Origin: Rikenellaceae bacterium
GTDB lineage: Bacteria > Bacteroidota > Bacteroidia > Bacteroidales > Rikenellaceae
Direction: 5' to 3'
Assembly: GCA_031553875.1 (NCBI GenBank)
Contig: JAVBKU010000005.1
Span: 43,547-107,546, forward strand
DNA: 64,000 nucleotides
Shown: piece by piece, positions 18,241 to 27,532 of the stretch
Layout: each line of letters starts with the position of its first letter
How positions within the stretch are numbered: position 1 is the stretch's first letter
Made by a program: the position numbers and the translations under genes
Notes under the pieces: generated by a model
The model's database searches: none
The model's input: the letters and a program-made list of their open reading frames with translations, nothing else
Told to the model about the DNA's origin: nothing

Positions 18241-19845
18241 TCATTTCTTCCTCGGACGCCTACTAACCCTCATCACCGCGAAGCAGAGCAGCGACAATCC
18301 CGCCACATACCACGACAATCCCGCTATATAGTCACCGTTGCGGGTGTAGAAGGTCAGCTTCGCAGACAGTGGCAACTCGCCGGAGACAATTCCCCGCTCA
18401 TCCCAGCCCAGCTTTGCGACCACATCCCCGCGCGGGTTTATCAGCGCCGAAATACCGGTGTTGGCGCTGCGGGCGATGCTCCTGCGGGTCTCTATAGCGC
18501 GGAGCCTCGAATATGAAAAGTGCTGGCGGTAGCCGGGCGTGTCGCCCCACCATCCGTCGTTGGTTATCACGAACATGATCTCCGCCCCCTTATTCACAAA
18601 TCCCGAGAAATACTCCCCGTAGATGGATTCATAGCATATGGCAGCGGCAGACACTATCCCAGAGGTCGATGTGAATACTCTGTGCCCCATGTCTACACCC
18701 AGTTGCCCTGTTATCCCCCCCAGCGACACGGTGAGGAAATCGAGGTTTTTCATCACGCCGTAAAACGGCATCTTCTCTACCCCAGCCACGAGTATCGACT
18801 TGTGGTGCACCCTCACTTTGTCCGTCGAATCTATGTATAGGGCGCTGTTGTAGACGTCGTACCATATACGCGCATCACCCATCCTGCGGGCCGTTGGCGT
18901 AGCGTCCATAGCCGACGAATAGCGGCGCATGGTGGTAGCCCCGGTAATGTACGTCGCCCCGGGGTAAAAGCCCCGTATCATACCCTGGAACTCCTGTATG
19001 GATTGCGAATAAGAAAAATCCTCCTCCCATATCTGGTCGTCGATAGCGGTCTCTGGGGCTATGATAAATTTCGCGTCGGGCGGCGACTGTACAGCCAGCG
19101 AGAGCATCACGGCGTTCTGCTCGTCCTGTCCGATAACGAATTTCTCTGCATAGGGATCGATATTGGGCTGGATGACCGACACCACCACCCCACGCACCGG
19201 CTCCTTATACATTGTATATATCGTGATCGACACCGCCACTGGCAACAATACGGCCACTCCCGCAGCCAGTCTGCGCGACGCCTTCTTGGGGGCGAGCATC
19301 AGTTCGAACAGCAGTATATTACTCAGCAATACCCACAGCGAGCCCCCGTAGGCTCCCGTGTACTCATACCACTGCGCGGCCCAGGTGTCGTTAGCGAACC
19401 CGTTGCCGAACATCAGCCACGGGAACGACAACTCGCCTATCATGAACAGATGTTCGAGGGCTATCCACGCCGACGTCAGCACCACATAGGCCACCACCTT
19501 CGGCCCGCGCCGCACGGTGTAGTCGTAGAGCATAAAGGCTACCGTCTGCAACGTCGTGCCTATGATTATCGCAGCCACGAGGCCTATCGTCGCGGCATTG
19601 GCTATCCACCACACCGTCAGCGCATTCCACAGAGCGAACGTACCCACCACCCACCACAACAACCGCGGGCGGCGGCGCTTGCCCTGTTTCTTAGAGCCTT
19701 TATACCCCTCTCCCCTCGCCTGGCATATATATTGGATTACCATCAGTGGCACGAGGGCGAAAAGGAGCGTGACTCCCGACCCTCCCAACCATGGAAATGA
19801 GAGCAATGCGACGCTCGCAAGGGCAAGGGCGAACCTATTTTTCAT
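18241..19845 (-). CDS. lnt: apolipoprotein N-acyltransferase
   Basis: 534 aa with a multi-TM N-terminal half and a C-terminal CN-hydrolase domain (AICYESIYGEY, ITNDGWW). Confidence 0.9.
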   Translation of the reverse strand: MKNRFALALASVALLSFPWLGGSGVTLLFALVPLMVIQYICQARGEGYKGSKKQGKRRRPRLLWWVVGTFALWNALTVWWIANAATIGLVAAIIIGTTLQTVAFMLYDYTVRRGPKVVAYVVLTSAWIALEHLFMIGELSFPWLMFGNGFANDTWAAQWYEYTGAYGGSLWVLLSNILLFELMLAPKKASRRLAAGVAVLLPVAVSITIYTMYKEPVRGVVVSVIQPNIDPYAEKFVIGQDEQNAVMLSLAVQSPPDAKFIIAPETAIDDQIWEEDFSYSQSIQEFQGMIRGFYPGATYITGATTMRRYSSAMDATPTARRMGDARIWYDVYNSALYIDSTDKVRVHHKSILVAGVEKMPFYGVMKNLDFLTVSLGGITGQLGVDMGHRVFTSTSGIVSAAAICYESIYGEYFSGFVNKGAEIMFVITNDGWWGDTPGYRQHFSYSRLRAIETRRSIARSANTGISALINPRGDVVAKLGWDERGIVSGELPLSAKLTFYTRNGDYIAGLSWYVAGLSLLCFAVMRVSRRPRKK

Positions 19846-20012
19846 ATCTTCAACGCTTTATTTTAGAAACCGATTGAAATTTATTCATCAAATTTCAAAG
19901 AGTTCCTTACAAAGATACTTTAATTTATTAAATTTGTCGCTCCTATCCGGGTGCCCGCATGGGCAGAGGCAGCCCCGACACTGGATATATTAATTGTTTT
20001 TAAGCGCGCAGT

Positions 20013-20666
20013 ATGTGGTTTGAAATGTTCACAAAGGGGATCCTCATCGGCCTCATATCGTCCATCCCCCTGGGACCGGCCGGTGTGTTATGCATACAGC
20101 GCACCCTGAGCAAGAACCGCGCCTCGGGCTTCGTTTCGGGCCTGGGAGCTTCGTCGGCCGACCTGCTTTTCGCCGCGGTAGCCCTCTTCTCGCTCGCCTT
20201 CGTGATGGGTTTCATCGAGCATCACCTCAATATAATCAAGGTCATCGGCGGTATCTGCGTGGTGGCCGTGGGGGTGTCGATATTCATGAAGAATCCCGTG
20301 GTACAGATACGGCGCAACCGCGCGGGACAGGACAGCTACTGGAGTGATTTCCTCTCCGTGTTCTTCGTCACGCTGGCCAATCCCGCCTTCATACTCATAT
20401 ACGTGGCCCTGTTCGCCGCATTCGGCATCAGCACCAGCGACACCAGTATGGCCGACGCGCTGACCATGATCCTGGGCGTTTTCTCCGGGGCTACGGGTTG
20501 GTGGTTCCTGCTGAGCTTCGTGATAAACATCTTCCGCCATAAGTTCCGTCCGCGTCACCTGCTGTGGATCAACCGCATAGCTGGTGTGGTGATAGTGGTG
20601 CTGGGCGCAGCCGCCATCCTCACGATATTCATAAATACTCCTGTCGGCAATGTCATCCCGGGATAA
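20013..20666 (+). CDS. LysE/RhtB-family amino-acid exporter
   Basis: 217 aa with six hydrophobic segments. The N-terminal motif GPAGVLCIQRTL resembles the LysE family. Confidence 0.75.
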   Translation: MWFEMFTKGILIGLISSIPLGPAGVLCIQRTLSKNRASGFVSGLGASSADLLFAAVALFSLAFVMGFIEHHLNIIKVIGGICVVAVGVSIFMKNPVVQIRRNRAGQDSYWSDFLSVFFVTLANPAFILIYVALFAAFGISTSDTSMADALTMILGVFSGATGWWFLLSFVINIFRHKFRPRHLLWINRIAGVVIVVLGAAAILTIFINTPVGNVIPG

Positions 20667-21354
20667 ACGCATCATCATCGCCATCGACGGTTTCTCATCC
20701 AGTGGCAAGAGCACCTTCGCCCGCGAGATCGCCGCGCGCATGGGTTACGTGTTCATCGACACGGGAGCCATGTACCGCGCTGTCACGCTATACGCACTGC
20801 GCCACGGGGCAATCTCACCATCCGGAGAGGTCGACGCCGCGGCCGTGGAGCGCCTTCTGCCCGAGGTGAACATATCTTTCCGCTTCAATCCCTCGCGCGG
20901 GGCGAGCGACATATACATTGGCGGTGAAAATGTCGAGGAAGAGATTCGTTCCATAACGGTGAGCAACAGCGTGAGCAGCATCAGCAGCATAGGCGCGGTA
21001 CGCGCGAAGCTGGTGCAGATACAACAGGAAATGGGCAAGGAGCGCGGCATTGTGATGGACGGGCGCGACATAGGCACGGTGGTATTCCCCGATGCCGAGC
21101 TGAAGATATTCCTCACCGCAGACCCGGCAGTGCGTGCCATGCGTCGCCACGCCGAACTTGAGGCCAAGGGCCAGCACCATACCCTCGAAGAGATCGAGCG
21201 CAACATACGCGAGCGCGACCATGCCGACCAGAACCGCGAGATCAGCCCCTTACGCAAAGCCCCCGACGCCCTGACTCTCGATAATAGCCACATGACCCAG
21301 CATGAGCAGATGGATTGGGTGATGGATAAGATAGAGAAGGCGCTGGACAGGTAA
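20650..21354 (+). CDS. cmk: (d)CMP kinase
   Basis: 234 aa with the P-loop IAIDGFSSSGKST, then DTGAMYRAVT and VMDGRDIGTVVFPDA. Confidence 0.92.
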   Translation: MSSRDKRIIIAIDGFSSSGKSTFAREIAARMGYVFIDTGAMYRAVTLYALRHGAISPSGEVDAAAVERLLPEVNISFRFNPSRGASDIYIGGENVEEEIRSITVSNSVSSISSIGAVRAKLVQIQQEMGKERGIVMDGRDIGTVVFPDAELKIFLTADPAVRAMRRHAELEAKGQHHTLEEIERNIRERDHADQNREISPLRKAPDALTLDNSHMTQHEQMDWVMDKIEKALDR

Positions 21355-21394
21355 ATTAACGTACTTGGAGGTATTTGAATACATTATCATATAA

Positions 21395-21429
21395 GCGGCC
21401 GACGTAAATACGTCGGCCGCTCTGTTTTT
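21395..21429 (+). terminator. rho-independent terminator of cmk
   Basis: GCGGCCGACG-TAAATA-CGTCGGCCGC is followed by TCTGTTTTT. Confidence 0.8.
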
Positions 21430-21454
21430 CGGGTTGCGTAAGGTTGATCTGGTT

Positions 21455-21645
21455 TTTAAAGCGCCATGGGCGCTTGCCCTCCGCCAATTGGGGATATTCA
21501 CGCCCGGACAGGGGTCGAGGGAATCCGTTAAAAAACGACGCTGTGTCTAACGACTGTTAGCGGGGACGTAGGGCTCGCTAAAAAGGAGGAGTTCGACGTT
21601 TTAGGATGTACGAAGACCCCCTGTCAGTGAATATCCGCAGGCGGC
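21455..21645 (+). repeat. intergenic repeat family F2, copy 2 (with 5' hairpin extension AAGCGCC-ATG-GGCGCTT)
   Basis: Aligns with 44746-44940 and with the reverse complement of 12357-12553. Confidence 0.85.
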
Positions 21646-21751
21646 GTGTTTTGGTTACACCTTTTGCACGCGTAAAAGGTGTAAAAGAAATATCTTTTAG
21701 GAGTAAAGACTTTCGTACCTTTTGCTTGTCCAAAAGGTACCCAAAAGACAC

Positions 21752-21910
21752 CCCGCCGATGAATATTTCCTGACTCACGGCTCCTCCATCCTAAAACGCA
21801 GAACTCCTCCTTTTAGGCAAACGTTGCTTCGCAAGTTTGCCTAACGTTCGTCGGACAATCCGCGTTTTCATACGGAGTCCCTCGCCGTTCGTCCGGGCGT
21901 AAATGTTCGA
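21752..21910 (-). repeat. intergenic repeat family F2, copy 3 (diverged, inverted relative to copy 2)
   Basis: It keeps ...CATCCTAAAACGCAGAACTCCTCCTTTTAG..CTAACG..CGTCGGACA..CGCGTTTT..GTCCGGGCGTAAATGTTCG. The apical stem sequence is replaced (TTAGGCAAAC/GTTTGCCTAA). Confidence 0.7.
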
Positions 21911-21990
21911 TTTCATCAGTCGTTTATCGCGACTCGGCATACCCCGCAAGCGGCCTCTGCCCTCGCTGCTCAAAACGTTCAGATGCGGGG
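21906..21990 (+). repeat. repeat module F3, copy 1 (inserted into the outer part of F2 copy 3)
   Basis: TTCGATTTCATCAGTCGTTTATCGCGACTCGGCATA...CTCTGCCCTCGCTGCTCAAAACGTTCA matches the reverse complement of 49984-50068. By eye about three quarters of positions are identical. Confidence 0.7.
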
Positions 21991-22037
21991 AGTGCAGGTG
22001 CTCTATGAGCACCTTAAAGACTTGTCACACTAAACCA

Positions 22038-22066
22038 GTTTGGGCCGCGATTTTCGCGGCCCAAAC
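22038..22066 (-). terminator. hairpin terminator downstream of efp
   Basis: GTTTGGGCCGCGA-TTT-TCGCGGCCCAAAC is a perfect 13-bp stem lying 23 nt beyond the efp stop. Confidence 0.6.
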
Positions 22067-22088
22067 CTTTTCAATCCTACGCAGGTTA

Positions 22089-22655
22089 TTACTTTATCCT
22101 CTCGTAATACTCCCTCGTGCGGGTGTCGACGCGGATCTTCTCGCCCGTATTGATAAACAGGGGCACACGGATGGTGGCGCCTGTTTCCACTGTGGCGGGC
22201 TTGAGCGAGTTGGTCGAGGCGGTGTCGCCCTTAATGCCCGGCTCGGTGTATGTGATCTCCATATCGATGATCGGGGGAAGTTCGGCCGAAAGCACCATCT
22301 CCTTTTCGGTGTGGAACATCGCTTCTACAACCTGTCCTTCTTTCATCAGGTCGGAGTTCTCGATCAGTTCACGCGGTATCTGTATTTGTTCGAAAGTCTC
22401 GGTGTGCATGAAGTTGCAACCCATATCGTCCTCGTAGAGGTACTGGTAGGGACGGCGTTCCACGCGCACGGGAGTGATGGCCACACCTGCGGTGAAAGTA
22501 TTTTCTATGGTACGTCCGTTTTCGAGGTTCTTGAGCTTGGTGCGCACGAAGGCCGGGCCTTTACCTGGTTTAACGTGCTGAAATTCAACTACGATACATG
22601 TCTTGCCATTGAAGTCAAGGCACATGCCGTTTTTAAGGTCTGCTGTCGTTGCCAT
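22089..22655 (-). CDS. efp: elongation factor P
   Basis: 188 aa matching EF-P along its whole length: [44 protein letters not shown]. Confidence 0.95.
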   Translation of the reverse strand: MATTADLKNGMCLDFNGKTCIVVEFQHVKPGKGPAFVRTKLKNLENGRTIENTFTAGVAITPVRVERRPYQYLYEDDMGCNFMHTETFEQIQIPRELIENSDLMKEGQVVEAMFHTEKEMVLSAELPPIIDMEITYTEPGIKGDTASTNSLKPATVETGATIRVPLFINTGEKIRVDTRTREYYERIK

Positions 22656-22747
22656 TGTTTATGTCGTATTTATTTAAGTTTCGAGAGGGACAAAGATAGT
22701 CTTTTCTTCCCAAATATAAAAATCACGGCCTCGGGGCACGGCAGGCA

Positions 22748-24715
22748 CTATCGCCCTGCAACGCTGTCCTGCGCGCTACGCACCAGAAAATCGGCCTTGT
22801 CGACCCTATGGGTATACTGTTGTATCATGGCCTTCATCTCCCGGAGCACCGAATCGGCCTGAGGAGGCATCTGCGGGGAGAGGTCGTGGCGCAGCATGGT
22901 GTCGGCGCGATCGAACACGCCGGCAGCCCTCTGTCCATCGAACATCACCACCAGCGAGTCGGTTATACCCTGGTAGATACCTCCGGCGTTGTAACTCACC
23001 GACAGCGGCCGGCGCTCCGGTTCATTGAACACGTCGCGCCCGAAAGCGAAATAAGGCTTGTCATTCCCGGTCAGACCCAGAAGCGTAGGCATCAGGTCGG
23101 TCTGTTGTGCCACGCCGGTATGCAGTCCCCGCAGCGTGCCGTCGGGGGTGTACATAAAGCATAGTATTTCTTGTCTCCCCACGGAATTACGGGTCCTGGC
23201 GGCGTAAATTTCAGACGACACATGGTCGGCTACGAAGACGAATATCGTATTCCTAAACCATTCGCTCCCTCGGGCTTTCTCGAAGAACCCCCGCAGGGCC
23301 GCATCGGTATAGGCTATCCCCCGCTGCACCTTGGTCTTACCCTCGGGCAGCACGCCCATGTATTTATCAGGCACCACAAAGGGATGGTGCGACGAAAGGG
23401 TGAATACCGAGGAGAAGAACGGCTGTGGCACCCCGCCTAATGTCTCGGCCATAAACCCCAGGAAAGGCTCGTCCCATATACCCCAGAAGCCGTCGGCATC
23501 CCCACGGCCGTGGACTTTTTCGTAATCCTCACGGCTGTAAAGTTCCTTTATACCCGCCTTGTTGGCATAGGCCCCGAAGCCCATCGAGCCCCTCTCCGAG
23601 CCGCAGAAGAACGATGTGGCGTAACCCTTTTCGTAAAGTATTTCGGGCAGGGCCTTCATCGGGGCGAGGGACTGGGGCAACAATATGAACGGTGTCTGGA
23701 ACGACGGCATCGACGAGAATATCGACGGCAGGGCGTCTATCGACTTGTGCCCGTTGGCGAACGCCGAGGCGAAGGTGTAGCCCTCCCTCATCAGCGAATC
23801 GAGGAAAGGCGTGTAGCCCTTGCCGTCGGGGTAGATGTCGGGATTGAGGAAGGCCGAATGCTCGCGACTGAAACTCTCCAGCACGAAGACCACGATATTC
23901 CTGTCACCCAGATTATGCAACGGCTTCCCGGAAGGGAAATGTTCCGGCGAGAAAATAGCGTCGGCCTCCTCTTTCGAGAAATATGTCAGCACGGGTATAC
24001 CGCCCTGCCGCCCCATGGTGCGTATTATGCAGAACGGATTGCTAAGGATCAGGTTGGCCTGCGAGGTGGATGTGGTGTAGAGCATGGCGTTGCTGAGGGT
24101 TATCGGGCGCACCGAGCGGCTCAGTCCTCCCCTTATGCCGGCGACTATAGACAGCCCCGCGAAGCACAACATCGCGGCCGACACCCCTAAGAACGCCCAT
24201 ATATTCCGCACCTCCGTCCTGCGATAGCCTATCCTCCGCCATCCCCACACCAGCAGGGCCACGATACCCGCCCAGCACAGCACCTGCCACCAGTTCTCGG
24301 CGGCGAACTTACTCATGAGCAGCAGCGAATTGTCGTTGTCGGCGAAAAATATCTCCATGGCCGAGAACCTCTTGCGCGTATAGTGGAAATAAACACTGTC
24401 GGACATATTCACCGCCAGCGCCACAGCGTTGGTCACTATATATATCCAGAACAGCCCCTTCTGATACCACCCCCTCTCCCTGAGCTTCCACGGCAGCAGC
24501 GACAGTACTATAAAAAGTGCGTTCACATAGAGTATCGACACCGTGTCAAACACGAGGCTGCCCTTAAAAAGCGGCCATATCTCCCCAGAGGCAATAGTAT
24601 CGATACCGTCGGCGTTGTTGATATAGAATATGACCCTCGCCACAAAAAAGGCCGCGTACAGCATAGCCGTACGCAGCAGTAGTGTGGTGAAGTCGTTACG
24701 CAACCAGCGCATCAT
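22748..24715 (-). CDS. LTA-synthase/phosphoglycerol-transferase-family sulfatase-fold membrane protein
   Basis: Start is trimmed to MMRWLRN... (ATG 24715, ATGA overlap with the cysE stop). It has five N-terminal TM segments plus an alkaline-phosphatase/sulfatase domain (VVFVLESFS, TLSSHHPF, FVFVADH). Confidence 0.8.
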   Translation of the reverse strand: MMRWLRNDFTTLLLRTAMLYAAFFVARVIFYINNADGIDTIASGEIWPLFKGSLVFDTVSILYVNALFIVLSLLPWKLRERGWYQKGLFWIYIVTNAVALAVNMSDSVYFHYTRKRFSAMEIFFADNDNSLLLMSKFAAENWWQVLCWAGIVALLVWGWRRIGYRRTEVRNIWAFLGVSAAMLCFAGLSIVAGIRGGLSRSVRPITLSNAMLYTTSTSQANLILSNPFCIIRTMGRQGGIPVLTYFSKEEADAIFSPEHFPSGKPLHNLGDRNIVVFVLESFSREHSAFLNPDIYPDGKGYTPFLDSLMREGYTFASAFANGHKSIDALPSIFSSMPSFQTPFILLPQSLAPMKALPEILYEKGYATSFFCGSERGSMGFGAYANKAGIKELYSREDYEKVHGRGDADGFWGIWDEPFLGFMAETLGGVPQPFFSSVFTLSSHHPFVVPDKYMGVLPEGKTKVQRGIAYTDAALRGFFEKARGSEWFRNTIFVFVADHVSSEIYAARTRNSVGRQEILCFMYTPDGTLRGLHTGVAQQTDLMPTLLGLTGNDKPYFAFGRDVFNEPERRPLSVSYNAGGIYQGITDSLVVMFDGQRAAGVFDRADTMLRHDLSPQMPPQADSVLREMKAMIQQYTHRVDKADFLVRSAQDSVAGR

Positions 24716-25551
24716 TTTTTCTTCTTGTCTTTTATCACTATTTCGGGCTTGTGGTACACCACCGAATAGGGCGGTACGCTCTCCGTGAGCCATACGTTAC
24801 CCCCTATAACGGTGTCGTGGCCGATGACCGTGTCGCCGCCCAGGATAGTAGATCCGGCGTAGATTATCACGTTGTCCTCGATGGTCGGATGGCGTCTCAT
24901 GCCCGAGAGTTTTTTGTCGACGAACGTGGCCCCAAGGGTCACCCCCTGGTATACCTTGACCTTGCGGCCTATGACCGTGGTCTCGCCGATAACTATACCC
25001 GTACCATGGTCGATGTAGAAGTCGGGGCCTATGGTCGCCCCCGGGTGGATATCGATACCCGTCTGGCTGTGGGCGTATTCGGAGATCACCCTCGGCAGAA
25101 TGGGTATTCCCAGGCGGTACATCACGTTGGCAAGGCGGTATATCATCACGGCGTAAAAGCCGGGGTAGCAGAGTATTATCTCTTCCTTGCAGTACGACGC
25201 GGGGTCGGAGCAATTGTACGTCTCGGCGTCCTGTATCAGGCGTGTATATATTAACGGAATTTCGCTGAAAAACTTGTCCTTGATACCCTCGAAATCGCAG
25301 TTGCCCTGCTCGCACAGGGGCGTGATTATCCTCACGAATTCATTCTGGAGCCACTCCCATTCGGCTGTGATCTCCGTTTCCGAAAGGTCGTGCTTATCGC
25401 GGAGCAGGAACAGAAGGTTGGTCAGGCGGTCTATCATCCTGCGGGCGGCGGTCTGCGACGGCACCTCCCTGTAAAAGGCCCTGTTCATCTTGAAGAGCCT
25501 CGACGGAAAATTCTTTATCGTATCGCTCATATCCGGCGTGATTGGGGGCAC
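24712..25551 (-). CDS. cysE: serine O-acetyltransferase (hexapeptide-repeat)
   Basis: 279 aa with the left-handed beta-helix repeats GIDIHPGATIGPDFYIDHGTGIVIGETTVIGRKVKVYQGVTLGA. Confidence 0.85.
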   Translation of the reverse strand: MPPITPDMSDTIKNFPSRLFKMNRAFYREVPSQTAARRMIDRLTNLLFLLRDKHDLSETEITAEWEWLQNEFVRIITPLCEQGNCDFEGIKDKFFSEIPLIYTRLIQDAETYNCSDPASYCKEEIILCYPGFYAVMIYRLANVMYRLGIPILPRVISEYAHSQTGIDIHPGATIGPDFYIDHGTGIVIGETTVIGRKVKVYQGVTLGATFVDKKLSGMRRHPTIEDNVIIYAGSTILGGDTVIGHDTVIGGNVWLTESVPPYSVVYHKPEIVIKDKKKK

Positions 25552-25665
25552 GGCCCGCCCTCAGGGGACCGTGCACTAAATTGATTGTGTAAATGTACTG
25601 ATTTTGCGACAATAATTGTATACATTTGTTTGTTAGTAATTAAAATATCGCCTAATACGGACTTT

Positions 25666-26583
25666 ATGAAATCCAAACTTCTCTCTTTCGCAACCTTATT
25701 AACAGGATTGCTTATACTGTGTTCATGCTCAAAGGCAGAAGCAGGACCTCCCGACGAAGGCTACGACATCTTCTTGCTTATTGGCCAGTCGAATATGGCA
25801 GGGCGCGGCACGATGCTCCCCGCCGACTACGCCTCCGACATCGCGGGCGTATGGCTGTTGGGCGACGGTGAAGTTCCCGTGCCCGCACGCAATCCACTCA
25901 ACAAATACTCTTCAGTGCGTAAGAAGCTGGCCGACCAGCAGATAAACCCGGGCTACTCCTTCTCTCAAAAGATCGCGACCGTTACGGGCCGGAAGGTGCT
26001 TCTGGTGGTCAATGCCCGCGGAGGCACGCTCATGAGCGAGTGGTCGCCGGGAGCGCTTTCGACTACTATTCCGGACTCGGAAAAAAACGCCAGGAAGACC
26101 ATCCCCAACAACTTCTACTACAAGGCAAACACCGACCCCGACGGCAATATATACCTCTATGACGAGGCCGTGCGCCGTTGTAAGGAGGCCATGAAATACG
26201 GCACGCTCAAGGCCATCCTCTGGCATCAGGGCGAGTCTGACTCGGGCCGCTCGGCGGCTTACCAGACAGAGGTGGCCACTCTGGCCGCCAACCTGCGCCG
26301 CGACCTTGGCGTCACGGCCGCAAATGTGCCGTTCGTAGCGGGGCAGATATGCCAGTGGCGCTCGGGCCACTCCACTTTCAACAATATGATAATCGGCATC
26401 TCGGGCTTCGTCACAAACTCCGATTGTATATCATCTACTATTCCCGTAGGCATGACCAACGGCGGCATGCAAATCGACGCCACCGACCCCCACTTCAACC
26501 GCGACGCCCAGCTCCTTCTCGGCAAGCGCTACGCCAACAAGGTGCTGAAGATGGTCTACGGCATAACCGACAATAACGAGTAG
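25666..26583 (+). CDS. sialate O-acetylesterase-like SGNH/DUF303 carbohydrate esterase (secreted)
   Basis: Start is at the ATG at 25666 (MKSKLLSFATLL... with lipoprotein-like LILCSC). It has the GQSNMAGRG catalytic-serine block and the WHQGESD motif. Confidence 0.8.
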   Translation: MKSKLLSFATLLTGLLILCSCSKAEAGPPDEGYDIFLLIGQSNMAGRGTMLPADYASDIAGVWLLGDGEVPVPARNPLNKYSSVRKKLADQQINPGYSFSQKIATVTGRKVLLVVNARGGTLMSEWSPGALSTTIPDSEKNARKTIPNNFYYKANTDPDGNIYLYDEAVRRCKEAMKYGTLKAILWHQGESDSGRSAAYQTEVATLAANLRRDLGVTAANVPFVAGQICQWRSGHSTFNNMIIGISGFVTNSDCISSTIPVGMTNGGMQIDATDPHFNRDAQLLLGKRYANKVLKMVYGITDNNE

Positions 26584-26887
26584 CGGACACTCCGCTCCCT
26601 CGTACAATGCTCACAATCCGCCGGAAAGCAGGCAACGCCCTGTTTTCCGGCGTTTTTATTCCCGCATGCTCCCGATAGTCCCTATTATTCAAAAAATATG
26701 GGATTTTTAAACGCATTTATTCCCTCATCCGCATTTTTTTGCCTACATTTGCCGAACGTTATCCAACCCACGCCCCGCGGGGCGCAGTCGAGGATAGCGA
26801 CTGATGCTCAGGACATAGCGTGAGGCGTTCGGTGAAAACCTGCCAATGCTCTGTCGATTAGTTGTTTACATTAGCTTTCAACGAGAG

Positions 26888-27472
26888 ATGACTATTGATG
26901 ATTTCGAGGTATTGGTCGCCACCGACGAACACGCGACGTTCGCCCAGGAGATTTGTGACGAAATGGCCGAATCGGCAAAGGCCCGAGGTACGGGTATAGC
27001 CAAGCGATCGGCCGAGTACGTCGCCTCGAAGATGAGGGAGGGTAAGGCCGTCATAGCCTTTCACAAGGACGGCGAGTGGGCCGGCTTCAGCTACATCGAG
27101 AGCTGGGGGCACGGCGGTTATGTGGCCAACTCGGGGCTTATCATCAACCCCAAGTTCCGCAAGGTGGGCCTCGCGCGTGCCATCAAGACCAAGACTTTCT
27201 TCCTCTCGCTCAAGAAGTTCAAAGGCTCGAAGCTTTTCGGGCTGACCACCGGCTTGGCCGTGATGAAGATAAATTCGGAGATCGGTTACCGCCCCGTGAC
27301 GTATTCGGAGCTCACCGACGACGAGCAGTTCTGGAAAGGTTGCGAGAGCTGCGTCAACTACCCCATCCTGATGAGCAAGGAGCGCAAGAACTGCCTCTGC
27401 ACTGCGATGCTGTTCGATCCCGAGGTCGACAAGCCGCGCATCCCCATGCCCCAGGACGCGGACCTGCAATAG
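26888..27472 (+). CDS. GNAT-family N-acyltransferase, first gene of the arginine operon (probable glutamate N-acyltransferase)
   Basis: Start is at the ATG at 26888 (MTIDDFEVLVATDEH). It has the GNAT acyl-CoA motif INPKFRKVGLARAI and sits immediately upstream of argG, as in other Bacteroidota arg operons. Confidence 0.75.
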   Translation: MTIDDFEVLVATDEHATFAQEICDEMAESAKARGTGIAKRSAEYVASKMREGKAVIAFHKDGEWAGFSYIESWGHGGYVANSGLIINPKFRKVGLARAIKTKTFFLSLKKFKGSKLFGLTTGLAVMKINSEIGYRPVTYSELTDDEQFWKGCESCVNYPILMSKERKNCLCTAMLFDPEVDKPRIPMPQDADLQ

Positions 27473-27532
27473 ACTCTGAGCAGGCAGCACACAAACGACA
27501 AAATTGATCTACACACAAGATATTTAGCAAAG

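Noticed and set aside
25585-25665. Upstream in-frame extensions of several track ORFs. Examples: 25585 for the esterase, 26846 for the GNAT, 33448 for argB, 34374 for the His-rich protein, 46120 for thrA, 48608 for the pgm-like gene, 52304 for xerD, 52469 for prmA and 24793 for the sulfatase-family gene.
   Set aside because: The extensions lack family-consistent sequence. They overlap neighbouring genes or intergenic signals. In each case an internal ATG gives the canonical N-terminus (for example MKVLKFGGTS, MKYLIILGDG, or signal peptides).
26800-26835. A hammerhead-like CUGAUG...GAAA string in the arg leader, and a short ORF (MLRT*) as an arginine leader peptide.
   Set aside because: The core reads CUGAUGC rather than CUGANGA, and the flanking helices do not fit a hammerhead. 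The mini-ORF has a single Arg codon, which is no evidence for an Arg-stalling leader.
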